Below are positions 49,093 through 57,253 of a stretch of 64,000 nucleotides of DNA, piece after piece. Below the pieces are notes generated by a model. It saw only the letters and a list, made by a program, of their open reading frames with translations, made no database searches and was not told where the DNA came from. The translations under genes and the position numbers were made by a program. Source of the stretch: an uncultured delta proteobacterium (GTDB lineage Bacteria > Myxococcota_A > Polyangia > Polyangiales > Polyangiaceae); the NCBI GenBank assembly GCA_963716725.1, contig CAVQUB010000011.1, forward strand, positions 64,001 to 128,000, read 5' to 3'. Each line of letters opens with the position of its first letter. Position 1 is the first letter of the stretch.

Positions 49093-50019
49093 ATGTCGGG
49101 TCGGCTTTCGTTCGTAGTTCTCGTGCTGCTCGCGTTGGCTGTCGGCTGTCAAAAGCAGGACGCCACGGCCATCGCCTCTCCTTCGAGCGACCAGCCGGGG
49201 TACGCCGCGCGCTACCCCAACGAAATCGCAAAGGCGCGGGCCCGCCACTCCGAAGACGAAGGGCGCGCCCGGCGCTCGATGGCCGCCTTCGCGCGATTTC
49301 CGGCTGAGCTCGACAAGACCTCTTGGGCCGATGTGCTGCGTGTGTACGAGGCCGCCGACGACGCCGGCAAGAGCCAGGAGTACGTGGAGCGCCTGCACGA
49401 GACAAACACCGTTTTCGATTTCTTCGCGGACGAAAAATCGGAGATCGACAAGAAGGTCGGCGGCGCCGCCCAGTACACCGCGAAGCAAAAGGGGTGCACG
49501 GTGGAGCTGTACGGAGTGACCAGCATGGCGCTGGAGAAGTCCGTCGAGAAACAGCTCGAGAAGCGCCTGCGTGAGCGCAACGAAGCGCACCGCTACATCG
49601 ACGAGCACGAAGACCGCATCGGCAAGCCCAACCGAGAGAAGCTCGAGAAGCAGGCCGACGAGATCAGCCTGACCAGCTATCTCGCTCGAGTCGCGGGCTT
49701 GGAGACGAAGCGGAAGCTCACCAAGCTGGTGGGCGAAGCCAGCGACGTGCAAGCGACGCTCGAACGGACCATCGCCGAATCGAAAGAAGCCGCGGCTGAC
49801 GCCAAGCGCTCGGACAAAGACAAGAAGAAGGCCCAAGCGCGCCTCGAAGCGGCGGAGAAGGCCAAGGCCGGCATCGAGACGGAGACGACCGAAGCCAAGA
49901 AGCTCCTGGAAGAGATCGACAAGAAGAACGAACTGCTCTCCGCCGAGTACGACCAGGCTTTCGAGGGCCTCGAGAAGCAGGTCAAAGAGAAGGCGAAGAC
50001 CGCAGCTCCCGCGAGCTGA
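49093..50019 (+). CDS. Coiled-coil lipoprotein
   Basis: LAVGC lipobox; long E/K/A-rich heptad-like C-terminal half. Confidence 0.82.
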   Translation: MSGRLSFVVLVLLALAVGCQKQDATAIASPSSDQPGYAARYPNEIAKARARHSEDEGRARRSMAAFARFPAELDKTSWADVLRVYEAADDAGKSQEYVERLHETNTVFDFFADEKSEIDKKVGGAAQYTAKQKGCTVELYGVTSMALEKSVEKQLEKRLRERNEAHRYIDEHEDRIGKPNREKLEKQADEISLTSYLARVAGLETKRKLTKLVGEASDVQATLERTIAESKEAAADAKRSDKDKKKAQARLEAAEKAKAGIETETTEAKKLLEEIDKKNELLSAEYDQAFEGLEKQVKEKAKTAAPAS

Positions 50020-50075
50020 ACGCCCAGGGACCTGCGCTGGCCTCGATGGAGTGCGCTCAGCACCCGCGACCGGAG

Positions 50076-51050
50076 TCAGTTCGGCGCGTGGGCCTCGAAG
50101 CCGGCTCCGGTGTCGCGCGATGCCCTGCGATAGGCGCCCGGCGCCGCCCCCACCCAACGCTTGAACGCCTTGCTGAACGCGGCTTCCGACTCGTATCCAA
50201 CGCGATCAGCGATGTCTGCGAGCGTCGCCCTGCCCTCGCGGAGCAACGACGCCGCGCGCTGCATGCGCCAGCGCGTCACGTAATGGAGCGGCGGCTCGCC
50301 CACGAGCTCGGCAAACCGCCCCGCGAACGTCGATCGGCTCATGCCGACCTTCGACGCGAGCATCGCTACTGTCCAGGGTTGCCGCGGGTCTTCGTGAATC
50401 AACCCCAGCGCAGCGCCGATCTGCGGTTCACTCAACGCACGCAACCATCCGCGGTGACTCACCGGAGTGGAGCTGAGGAAGCCGCGCACGATCTGGATGA
50501 ACAGGATGTCAGCCAATCGGCTCACGACGGTGCGCGCACCCGGACGCCCGGACGCCGCCTCGCAGGCCATGAACTGAAGCGTGGGCTCGAGCCAGTGGAC
50601 CGCCCGCCCGTCCTCGCCCTTGATCAGAACCAGGGGGGGCAGCACGTTGAGAAGTGGGTTGTGCTTCCGGTCTTCGAACTGGAACGCACCGCACACCAAG
50701 GTGGCTGCCGTGCCGTTGCCTCCGACCTTGACGCTAGCGGTCGAACAAGCCCCTTGCCCACCCACTATCTCCGCGAGAGGGACGGCCGGCGTATCGAGGG
50801 AGTCACGCAAGATGTGGGCGCGACCGTGGGGTAGCGCGAACAGATCACCACTCGCGAGCGCCACTGGCTCGCCGGCGCCTTCGACCTCGAGCCAGGCGTT
50901 GCCCCGAAGCAGTACGTGGAAGGAAGCGGCGTCGCTCTCCGGCACTCGAATGCCCCACGGCGCCCCGAGTTCGACCCGGCCGTAACACACGGACGAGACC
51001 CGAACTGTTTGCAGCACGTCGGTCAGGACATCCACGGGCGCTGAACTCAT
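50076..51050 (-). CDS. AraC-family transcriptional regulator (Cupin_6 + HTH)
   Basis: APWG, FHVLLRG, PWTVAMLASKVGMSRSTFAGRF...VGEPPLHYVTRWRM, VGYESEAAFSKAFKR. Confidence 0.95.
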   Translation of the reverse strand: MSSAPVDVLTDVLQTVRVSSVCYGRVELGAPWGIRVPESDAASFHVLLRGNAWLEVEGAGEPVALASGDLFALPHGRAHILRDSLDTPAVPLAEIVGGQGACSTASVKVGGNGTAATLVCGAFQFEDRKHNPLLNVLPPLVLIKGEDGRAVHWLEPTLQFMACEAASGRPGARTVVSRLADILFIQIVRGFLSSTPVSHRGWLRALSEPQIGAALGLIHEDPRQPWTVAMLASKVGMSRSTFAGRFAELVGEPPLHYVTRWRMQRAASLLREGRATLADIADRVGYESEAAFSKAFKRWVGAAPGAYRRASRDTGAGFEAHAPN

Positions 51051-51127
51051 CGGTCACCTCGAAACGCTCGAGCAAGAGGATGACCCATCTGATGCCCGGT
51101 CGTCCATCAGCTTCGGATTTCAGGTCA

Positions 51128-52915
51128 CTAGTCGCCGTATTCGGTCTCGAGGGACGGGGCTGGGATCGAGGGCATTCCGAAGGCTTGCCCGAAGGCGATG
51201 AAGAGCGCTCCGGGAAATACCAAGCCCGAGCTGGTGACGGGGACGCCATAGTCGGCTCGAAACACCGTGCGCTCGGCCTGCGGAAAGACGGTGCGCAGAC
51301 CGACGCCGACGGCGTGCTTGAGGCGCAGGTCGGAGATGCCGTCAAAGGCGTCCGCGGCGTCGTAGAACGCGGCGCCGCCGACCTGCACGCTCCAGATTTG
51401 CACTGGGCGGGTTCGAAATTCCAGGTTGCTGGCGACGACGTCCTTGCCGATGAACGCCTGGGGCGCATAGCCCCGAAGTCGGCCGTCGCCACCCACGGTC
51501 AGACGCTCGTTGAGGTAGTTCTCGTAGTGATTGACCAGGACGCCGTCGTACACGAAGCGACCGAAACCCACTCGCGGCGTCACCAGGCGGGCGCTGAGTT
51601 GCAAGGTCGCGTCGGTCGCAGCTCGAGTCGACTTTTCGATGGTGGACGAGGCGATCGCGCGGGCGATACCGCTCCCAAGGCGCACGCCGTAGCCGAGCGC
51701 GGCGTGCGTGCCCAGCATGTCGCGGGTGGACGCGACTTGGCGCGTAGCCGGGTACAAGCGCACCACGGCTTCGTGCCCCACCCGGAAATCTTCTTCGAGC
51801 CCCAACGTCTCGAAGTCGTGCACGCGGTGGTAGTCGGCAACGTAGCTCCTGAGCTGCACGAAGGGGCTCACGCGCGTGTCGGTCACGGGCAACTCGTTCG
51901 ACTCGAAGTCGGCGACCGCGCTGGGCACGTACAGGTCACTGTCGCGCAATCGATAGTGGCGACGGTCGATCTCGAGGCCCGTGGAGACGTCGTGCTTGAA
52001 ATGACTCCCGAACGAACGCGTGACCGAATAGGCAGAAAACCAGTGGGATGAGTCGTAGACGTAGGGGATCGCGTCATTGCTCTGGGTCGTCCCCGAGTCG
52101 AAGGTCCGCAGGTTCTTGCCGACGTAGTTCCGATAGATTTCGTCGTACCAGACCACCAGCGTCTTCCACGACCAATCTGAGTCGACGGAGTACTGAGGCT
52201 GACCATAGAAGAGCGTGCCGAATGACCCCTCGGGCGCGCCGGTTTCGCGGTTCACGATCAAATTACCGCTGACCACCGATTGAAGTCGGCTGCCTGCCAC
52301 CCGGCGGTCGATGTATTGCCCACCAAACGAGTAGCTGTCGAGATCGAGGATGAACAAGCCGCCGACCATCTTGTGCGTCCCGAACATGTTCTCTTCGGCC
52401 GGCTGCAGCAGCAAGCGCAAGATGGTCCCCTGGTAAATCTGCACGTTGGTATTGAGGCGCAGGCTCCACACATCCTTGGTGATGACCAGCATCCGAATCT
52501 TGTCCGGCGTACTGCCGACGAGAGGCAGCATGAGCACGACCGAGAGCTGGCGACGCTTACGCAGGTTGCGCGCCGATTCTTCGACCAGACGCGTCTGGTA
52601 TTTCTGGCCTTCGCTGAAGAGCAACTCGCTCCGGATGACGCCCTTTCGCGTCGTCGCGTGGAACGTGTTGAAGAAGCCCGGAACTGGGTCGCGATCTTCG
52701 ATGACCTCGAGCGTGATGATCTCGATGCTCTCGATTTGCTTGCCGTCGGGCTTTGGCTCCACGCGTCCGCCCACCTGGTCGAGGGCGGCGTCGATGGTCT
52801 CGCGCTCGTAGGCCGAGTGGCTGGGGTGGTCGGCGGCCGCGGGCTTGGCCGCGACGGCCAGCACGGCCGCGACGGCCAGCACGGCCGCGGCGCGACGCCC
52901 GCGGCTCAAATCCAC
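51128..52915 (-). CDS. Omp85 (BamA/TamA)-like outer-membrane protein
   Basis: Signal peptide; POTRA-like TRKGVIRSELLFSEG...ESARNLR; barrel with LRGY motif, AAFYDAADAF, VGVGLR, RADYG, FGQAF. Confidence 0.8.
   Translation of the reverse strand: MDLSRGRRAAAVLAVAAVLAVAAKPAAADHPSHSAYERETIDAALDQVGGRVEPKPDGKQIESIEIITLEVIEDRDPVPGFFNTFHATTRKGVIRSELLFSEGQKYQTRLVEESARNLRKRRQLSVVLMLPLVGSTPDKIRMLVITKDVWSLRLNTNVQIYQGTILRLLLQPAEENMFGTHKMVGGLFILDLDSYSFGGQYIDRRVAGSRLQSVVSGNLIVNRETGAPEGSFGTLFYGQPQYSVDSDWSWKTLVVWYDEIYRNYVGKNLRTFDSGTTQSNDAIPYVYDSSHWFSAYSVTRSFGSHFKHDVSTGLEIDRRHYRLRDSDLYVPSAVADFESNELPVTDTRVSPFVQLRSYVADYHRVHDFETLGLEEDFRVGHEAVVRLYPATRQVASTRDMLGTHAALGYGVRLGSGIARAIASSTIEKSTRAATDATLQLSARLVTPRVGFGRFVYDGVLVNHYENYLNERLTVGGDGRLRGYAPQAFIGKDVVASNLEFRTRPVQIWSVQVGGAAFYDAADAFDGISDLRLKHAVGVGLRTVFPQAERTVFRADYGVPVTSSGLVFPGALFIAFGQAFGMPSIPAPSLETEYGD
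52847..52889. repeat. 18-bp tandem duplication in the signal peptide (AAVLAV)x2
   Basis: GGCCGCGACGGCCAGCAC x2 plus a partial third copy. Confidence 0.85.
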
Positions 52916-53062
52916 GTCCGTTCCGCCCGGGCCGCCGACCGATCGCGGTCGCAGGAGTGCTCGTTCACGGGATCAACTGCCGTCCGGAAGCCAGACATGG
53001 AAGAGCGTCGGTTTTAGCAGAGTCGCGGCCTCCACTGTTGTGCGATCATTGCGCCGGAGTTC

Positions 53063-53656
53063 ATGTCCAGCGCACGCGGAACGACCACGGCGATCGTCAT
53101 CGGCGCGTGCGCGGGGACGTTGGCGGCGTTCATGGCAGGCGGGCCCCATCAGGTTCGCGTGATCGACGACCCCAGACCGCTGGCGCGGGCACCCGAGTCG
53201 CCGTCCCCGAATCGAGAACCCGCTGTGCCGTCGGCACCGTCGGCGGCGGCGGCGACCGCGACAGTTGCCGCGCCCAGCGCGACCGCAGCGCCGCTCGCGC
53301 CGCGCTCCGGCTCGAACGAACTCGATCAGCTCCCGGTGGCCGAGCTGGAGAAGCGTTGCGCGTATCGCCAACCCGCTTCTTGTTCAGCCAGCGCCCGCGC
53401 GTTTGCTAGCGGGCGTGGAGCGCCGGCAGACGCTGCGAAGGCACGGGTGTACCGAGCGCTGGCCGTGACCTTGCTCGACGAACGCTGCCTCGCGCGCGAC
53501 GCCGAGTCGTGCCACGACCTCGCCGTCCTCTACGAGCAGGGCACGGGCGTCGAGCAGAACGCCGACACAGCCGCTGCCCTCCTCCAACGGGCGCGTCAGC
53601 TATGCACCGGCAAGACCTCGTCGTTTTGCGACCGGCTCGGAGCCTCGCTCAAGTAG
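53063..53656 (+). CDS. Sel1-like repeat protein (Cys-containing)
   Basis: DAESCHDLAVLYEQGTGVEQNADTAAALLQRA; N-terminal hydrophobic anchor. Confidence 0.8.
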   Translation: MSSARGTTTAIVIGACAGTLAAFMAGGPHQVRVIDDPRPLARAPESPSPNREPAVPSAPSAAAATATVAAPSATAAPLAPRSGSNELDQLPVAELEKRCAYRQPASCSASARAFASGRGAPADAAKARVYRALAVTLLDERCLARDAESCHDLAVLYEQGTGVEQNADTAAALLQRARQLCTGKTSSFCDRLGASLK

Positions 53657-53666
53657 GCTCTCCCTC

Positions 53667-55268
53667 GTGCACCTTCACCCGACCCGCACCGCCGTCAATC
53701 TCGCCGTCGCCGGCGTGCTCGCGGTCGGCGTGGGCCTGGTGGCGCGCGAGGCGGCGGTGGTCGCTTGGGGCGGAGCGCTCTTGGTCGGGCTCGCGGTCGC
53801 TCGAGCCGTGACCGCGCTGGGCGTGTCGCGGGTGCGTGCAGCAGGCTTCGAGATGCTCTGGCGCAGCGAACCCCGCACCCGTCGTGTCGCCCGCGGCGAG
53901 ACCATCGAGCTCGAAGCCGAGGTGCGCAACCGGGACACCCGAGCGGCTCGCTACGTGGGGCTCCGGGTGGTCGCCTCCCCCAACCTCGAACTCTCGGTCG
54001 AGCCCACCGAAGGCGAGGTGCCCGCCGGTGGTCGCTTGCGCGCCATCGTGAAGGTGAAGACGCCGCGCGTTGGACGGCACGGCCTGCACGGGCTCTCGCT
54101 CGAAGTGCGAGGCAGCCCGGGCCTGTACGAGGTGCCGCTGACCTTCTCCAATCCGTTCGGGATCGAGGTTCTGCCGCGAGCCTTCGCGCTGTCGATGCGA
54201 TCGCCCCGCGGCGGGCGCAGTCGGATGGTGGCAAACGAGGGGCGTCCGGGTCCGTTCTCGGGCGACGGCATGGAGCTGCGCGAACTGCGCGAGCATCGCC
54301 CCGGCGACCCCCTCAAGCGCGTTGCTTGGAAGGCATCGGCACGCCGCGGTCAACTCATGGTGCGCGACTACGAACGCGAAGAGCGAGACGTTGTCTGGCT
54401 CTTGCTCGATGCTTCGGTGGAGCTCTGGTCGGGCGAGATCGGGCTGTCGCCGCTCGATCTCGCCATCGACGAGGTCGCCGCGGTGGCCATGCGCCACCTC
54501 GGACGCGGTGATCGCGTCGGGCTCGGCATCCTGGGCGCACGTCGGCTGGCGTGGCTCACTCCGGCGCGTGGTCCAGCGCACGGCACCGAGCTGATGATCG
54601 CGCTGGCCAACGCCACCGGCACCTACGATTCGGACCGCAGCGACCTCGACGAGGTGGACGTGGCCATGCGGGTGATCGAGCACATGCGGCCCCTCGATCC
54701 CGCGGCTGCCGCCCGGGTTCGTCCGAATGATCTCGACCGGGTGGCCCGTCGGGTGGACCGCGTGAAGGCCCGTGCGCCCTTCCCCACCGCCGCGGTCTGG
54801 GCAGAAGCCGCGCGCGATCGCGCCCTCCGGAGCTACCTGGCTGCGTTTGGCATGTCGTCGCCGCCCAGGCTCGAGGCGGAGCGCCCACGCACCGATGCCC
54901 GCCTCGCCGCGGCGCTCGAACGCGTGACCCGCGACAAGCCGAAGGCCAGCGTCGTCTACGTGTGGTCCGTCGCGCCCGACGTGGCGGCGCGCCCCGAAAT
55001 CGGCGCTGCCCTCGCGCGATTTCCCCGACGCAACATCGACTTGCGCTGGCTCTCGATGCGACTCGAGCCTGGCATCCCAAAGACCGGCTCCGAGACCATG
55101 GCGGCGGTCGGCGACGCAGTCTCCATCCGCGCCCTGGTGGCCCAGGAGCGAGGCGAGCACGAGCTCCGTCGGCAGGGCATCCGCGTCGAGCGAGCGACCT
55201 TGCGCTCGGCCTCGCTGCCGGCTCCACCCGAGTCCACGCGAGAGCCGCCCGATCCCACACATCGCTAA
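53667..55268 (+). CDS. DUF58 domain protein with N-terminal TM helices
   Basis: GDGMELRELREHRPGDPLKRVAWKASAR.GQLMVRDYE, LLLDAS, GDRVGL. Confidence 0.9.
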   Translation: MHLHPTRTAVNLAVAGVLAVGVGLVAREAAVVAWGGALLVGLAVARAVTALGVSRVRAAGFEMLWRSEPRTRRVARGETIELEAEVRNRDTRAARYVGLRVVASPNLELSVEPTEGEVPAGGRLRAIVKVKTPRVGRHGLHGLSLEVRGSPGLYEVPLTFSNPFGIEVLPRAFALSMRSPRGGRSRMVANEGRPGPFSGDGMELRELREHRPGDPLKRVAWKASARRGQLMVRDYEREERDVVWLLLDASVELWSGEIGLSPLDLAIDEVAAVAMRHLGRGDRVGLGILGARRLAWLTPARGPAHGTELMIALANATGTYDSDRSDLDEVDVAMRVIEHMRPLDPAAAARVRPNDLDRVARRVDRVKARAPFPTAAVWAEAARDRALRSYLAAFGMSSPPRLEAERPRTDARLAAALERVTRDKPKASVVYVWSVAPDVAARPEIGAALARFPRRNIDLRWLSMRLEPGIPKTGSETMAAVGDAVSIRALVAQERGEHELRRQGIRVERATLRSASLPAPPESTREPPDPTHR

Positions 55269-55324
55269 GTGCTTCTCGATGCCACAAAGGTGACATTAGA
55301 GGCGGGGGCCGATAGGTCCGTGCA

Positions 55325-56173
55325 GTGATGACCGAACGGGAGCACAGCCCGAAAGCCCAACTGGCCGAGCGGGGGCTCCACGCAAAGAAGCACTTCGGTC
55401 AAAACTTCCTGACCGACCCGAGCCTGGCAAGGCGCATCGCCGAGCTGGCAAGCACGCCGCCCGGCGGCACCGTCGTCGAGCTGGGCGCGGGCCTTGGCGC
55501 CCTCACTGGCCCCTTGCTGGAGCGCGCAGCCCACGTCGTCGCCATCGAGCGCGATCGGGATCTCATTCCGATGCTCGAAGCACGCTTCGCTCGAAGCGTG
55601 GCCGAGGGCAAGCTCCAGATCATCGAGGCGGATGCCAAGGGCATCGACCCCGTCGAGCTGTGCGGGGCACACCCTCGTCCTCACGTGTTGGCGGGCAACC
55701 TACCCTACAATCTCACCGGTCCCCTGTTGACCCTCGCGACCTCCGTCGCGCAAAGGCTCGAGCGCGTCGTGTACTTGGTGCAGCTCGAGGTCGCCGATCG
55801 GGTTGCCGCCCGCCCAGGCACCGACGCTTACGGCGCTCTGAGCGTGTTCGTCCAGGCGCAGTTCGCACCCCGGCGCGCGTTGGTCGTGCGGCGCGGCGCG
55901 TTTTATCCGCAACCGAACGTCGACTCGGCGGTGCTGGTCCTCGAGCCGCTGCCCACGCCGGTGACCGCCGAGACCGAGGCCTTCCGCGCGGTGGTGCGCG
56001 CCGCCTTCGCCCAACGGCGAAAGAAGCTGACCAACGCTTGGCGTGGGGTCCTGGGACAGAGCGCTGCGGCCGTCGGTGCCGCCGCCGAGCGCGCCCACAT
56101 CGATCTCAACCTGCGAGGAGAAGTCCTGGCGGTCACCGACTTCGCGACCATGGCGCGGGAGCTGGTCCAATGA
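55325..56173 (+). CDS. rsmA: 16S rRNA m6,2A dimethyltransferase
   Basis: KKHFGQNFL, ELGAGLGALT, IERD, GNLPYN, QLEVADR, FYPQPNVDSAV, FAQRRKKL. Confidence 0.96.
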   Translation: MMTEREHSPKAQLAERGLHAKKHFGQNFLTDPSLARRIAELASTPPGGTVVELGAGLGALTGPLLERAAHVVAIERDRDLIPMLEARFARSVAEGKLQIIEADAKGIDPVELCGAHPRPHVLAGNLPYNLTGPLLTLATSVAQRLERVVYLVQLEVADRVAARPGTDAYGALSVFVQAQFAPRRALVVRRGAFYPQPNVDSAVLVLEPLPTPVTAETEAFRAVVRAAFAQRRKKLTNAWRGVLGQSAAAVGAAAERAHIDLNLRGEVLAVTDFATMARELVQ

Positions 56174-56646
56174 TCGCCAGCCGGCGCGCGCTTTTCACCT
56201 GGCTCGTATGCGTCGGCGCAGCTGCGGCGTGCAACCAACCCGAAGCACCCCGCGGCCCTGTGGCCCGAGCCGAGCTCGGCGTCTTCTTCGGTGGCCAGGT
56301 GCAGGAACGCAAAGAGATCCCCTTCACCCTCGACCGCACCAAGCAGACCCAAGGCTTCCGCCTGACCTTCCACGAAGCGCTCCGAGCACCCGTCGCGGTG
56401 CGCTGGGAGATCGATCGACCTGCGCCGCGTGGACGGGGCAGAGCCGTGGAGCTCGGAGACGCCCAGGCGCGCGTCGGCATGCGGGTCTTCGACCAAGAGC
56501 TGATGATGAAACCCGGAGACCCTCCCGGCGCCTGGTCGGTCCGTGTGTTCGTCGGAGATGAAGTCGTCGTCGAACGCAGGGTCGAGATCTACGATCCTCG
56601 CACGCGGAGGCGCGACCCCGTGCTGAGCAAACGCGCGCGGCCGTAG
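56170..56646 (+). CDS. Small hypothetical lipoprotein (Ig-like beta fold likely)
   Basis: MIASRRALFTWLVCVGAAAAC signal; ATGA overlap with rsmA; PGDPPGAWSVRVFVGD. Confidence 0.72.
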   Translation: MIASRRALFTWLVCVGAAAACNQPEAPRGPVARAELGVFFGGQVQERKEIPFTLDRTKQTQGFRLTFHEALRAPVAVRWEIDRPAPRGRGRAVELGDAQARVGMRVFDQELMMKPGDPPGAWSVRVFVGDEVVVERRVEIYDPRTRRRDPVLSKRARP

Positions 56647-56704
56647 TGCCGCGCGGCTGAAGTTCGAGTGGATTCGCCCCTGAGACCCGCGCTCATTTGG
56701 GCTC

Positions 56705-57137
56705 TCACAGGAAGGGCGGAAGAGCGGAAGGAATTGGGGGGTCAGGCGTGAGCCTCCGCAGGCCATTTCTGAGCGCGGTCACGTTGAAGTTGACGAGCAG
56801 GCCGACAGGCAACTGTGAAAGGCGCAGATAGGTGATGACCTGCGCTTCGTGAATCGGGAGCAGCCGCTCGACCGCCTCGAGCTCCAGGAGGATATGATCT
56901 GGAAGCGACCAGGTCGAGGCGATAGGCGCAGTCAAGGTGCACGCCTTTGTAGCGGATTGGTAGCGGTCGCTGCCGCTCGAACTCGAGCCGTCGTTCGGAC
57001 AGCTCGGCAGACAGACAGGCCTCGTATGCGGATTCCATCAGCCCTGGACCGAGATGCCGATGCACCTCGATCAGCGCACCGATCACCTCGTCCGTCCCAT
57101 CCCCAAATCTTCCGAGCTTTCGCCCTTCCTGTGCCAT
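56705..57137 (-). pseudogene. GxxExxY family (PD-(D/E)xK-like) protein, frameshifted
   Basis: VIGALIEVHRHLGPGLMESAYEACL...YKG...YRLDLV in one frame and ILLELEAVERLLPIHEAQVITYLRL....GLLVNFN in another; one extra base near 56900-56906; 433 nt = 144 codons + 1. Confidence 0.9.
56706..57133. mobile_element. Putative GxxExxY element bounded by ~33-bp imperfect inverted repeats
   Basis: Left 56706-56739 CACAGGAAGGGCGGAAGAGCGGAAGGAATTGGGG; right 57101-57133 (reverse complement) CACAGGAAGGGCGAAAGCTCGGAAGATTTGGGG. The first 13 nt are identical and 22 of the first 25 match. Mobility is inferred. Confidence 0.6.
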
Positions 57138-57253
57138 CCCCGTGTGTGAAGCCGAACGGCTTGCCGCGGCGGACATCGAGCCCTCCCATCCAGCAGAGTG
57201 TGCCATGGCGGACGTACTCGAATTCGCGGCGGACGGGCTGTCCGCGCAGCCGC

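Noticed and set aside
57190..57206. TGGCACACTCTGC upstream of the GxxExxY gene as a sigma54 promoter
   Set aside because: GG-to-GC spacing is 8 nt, not the required 10.
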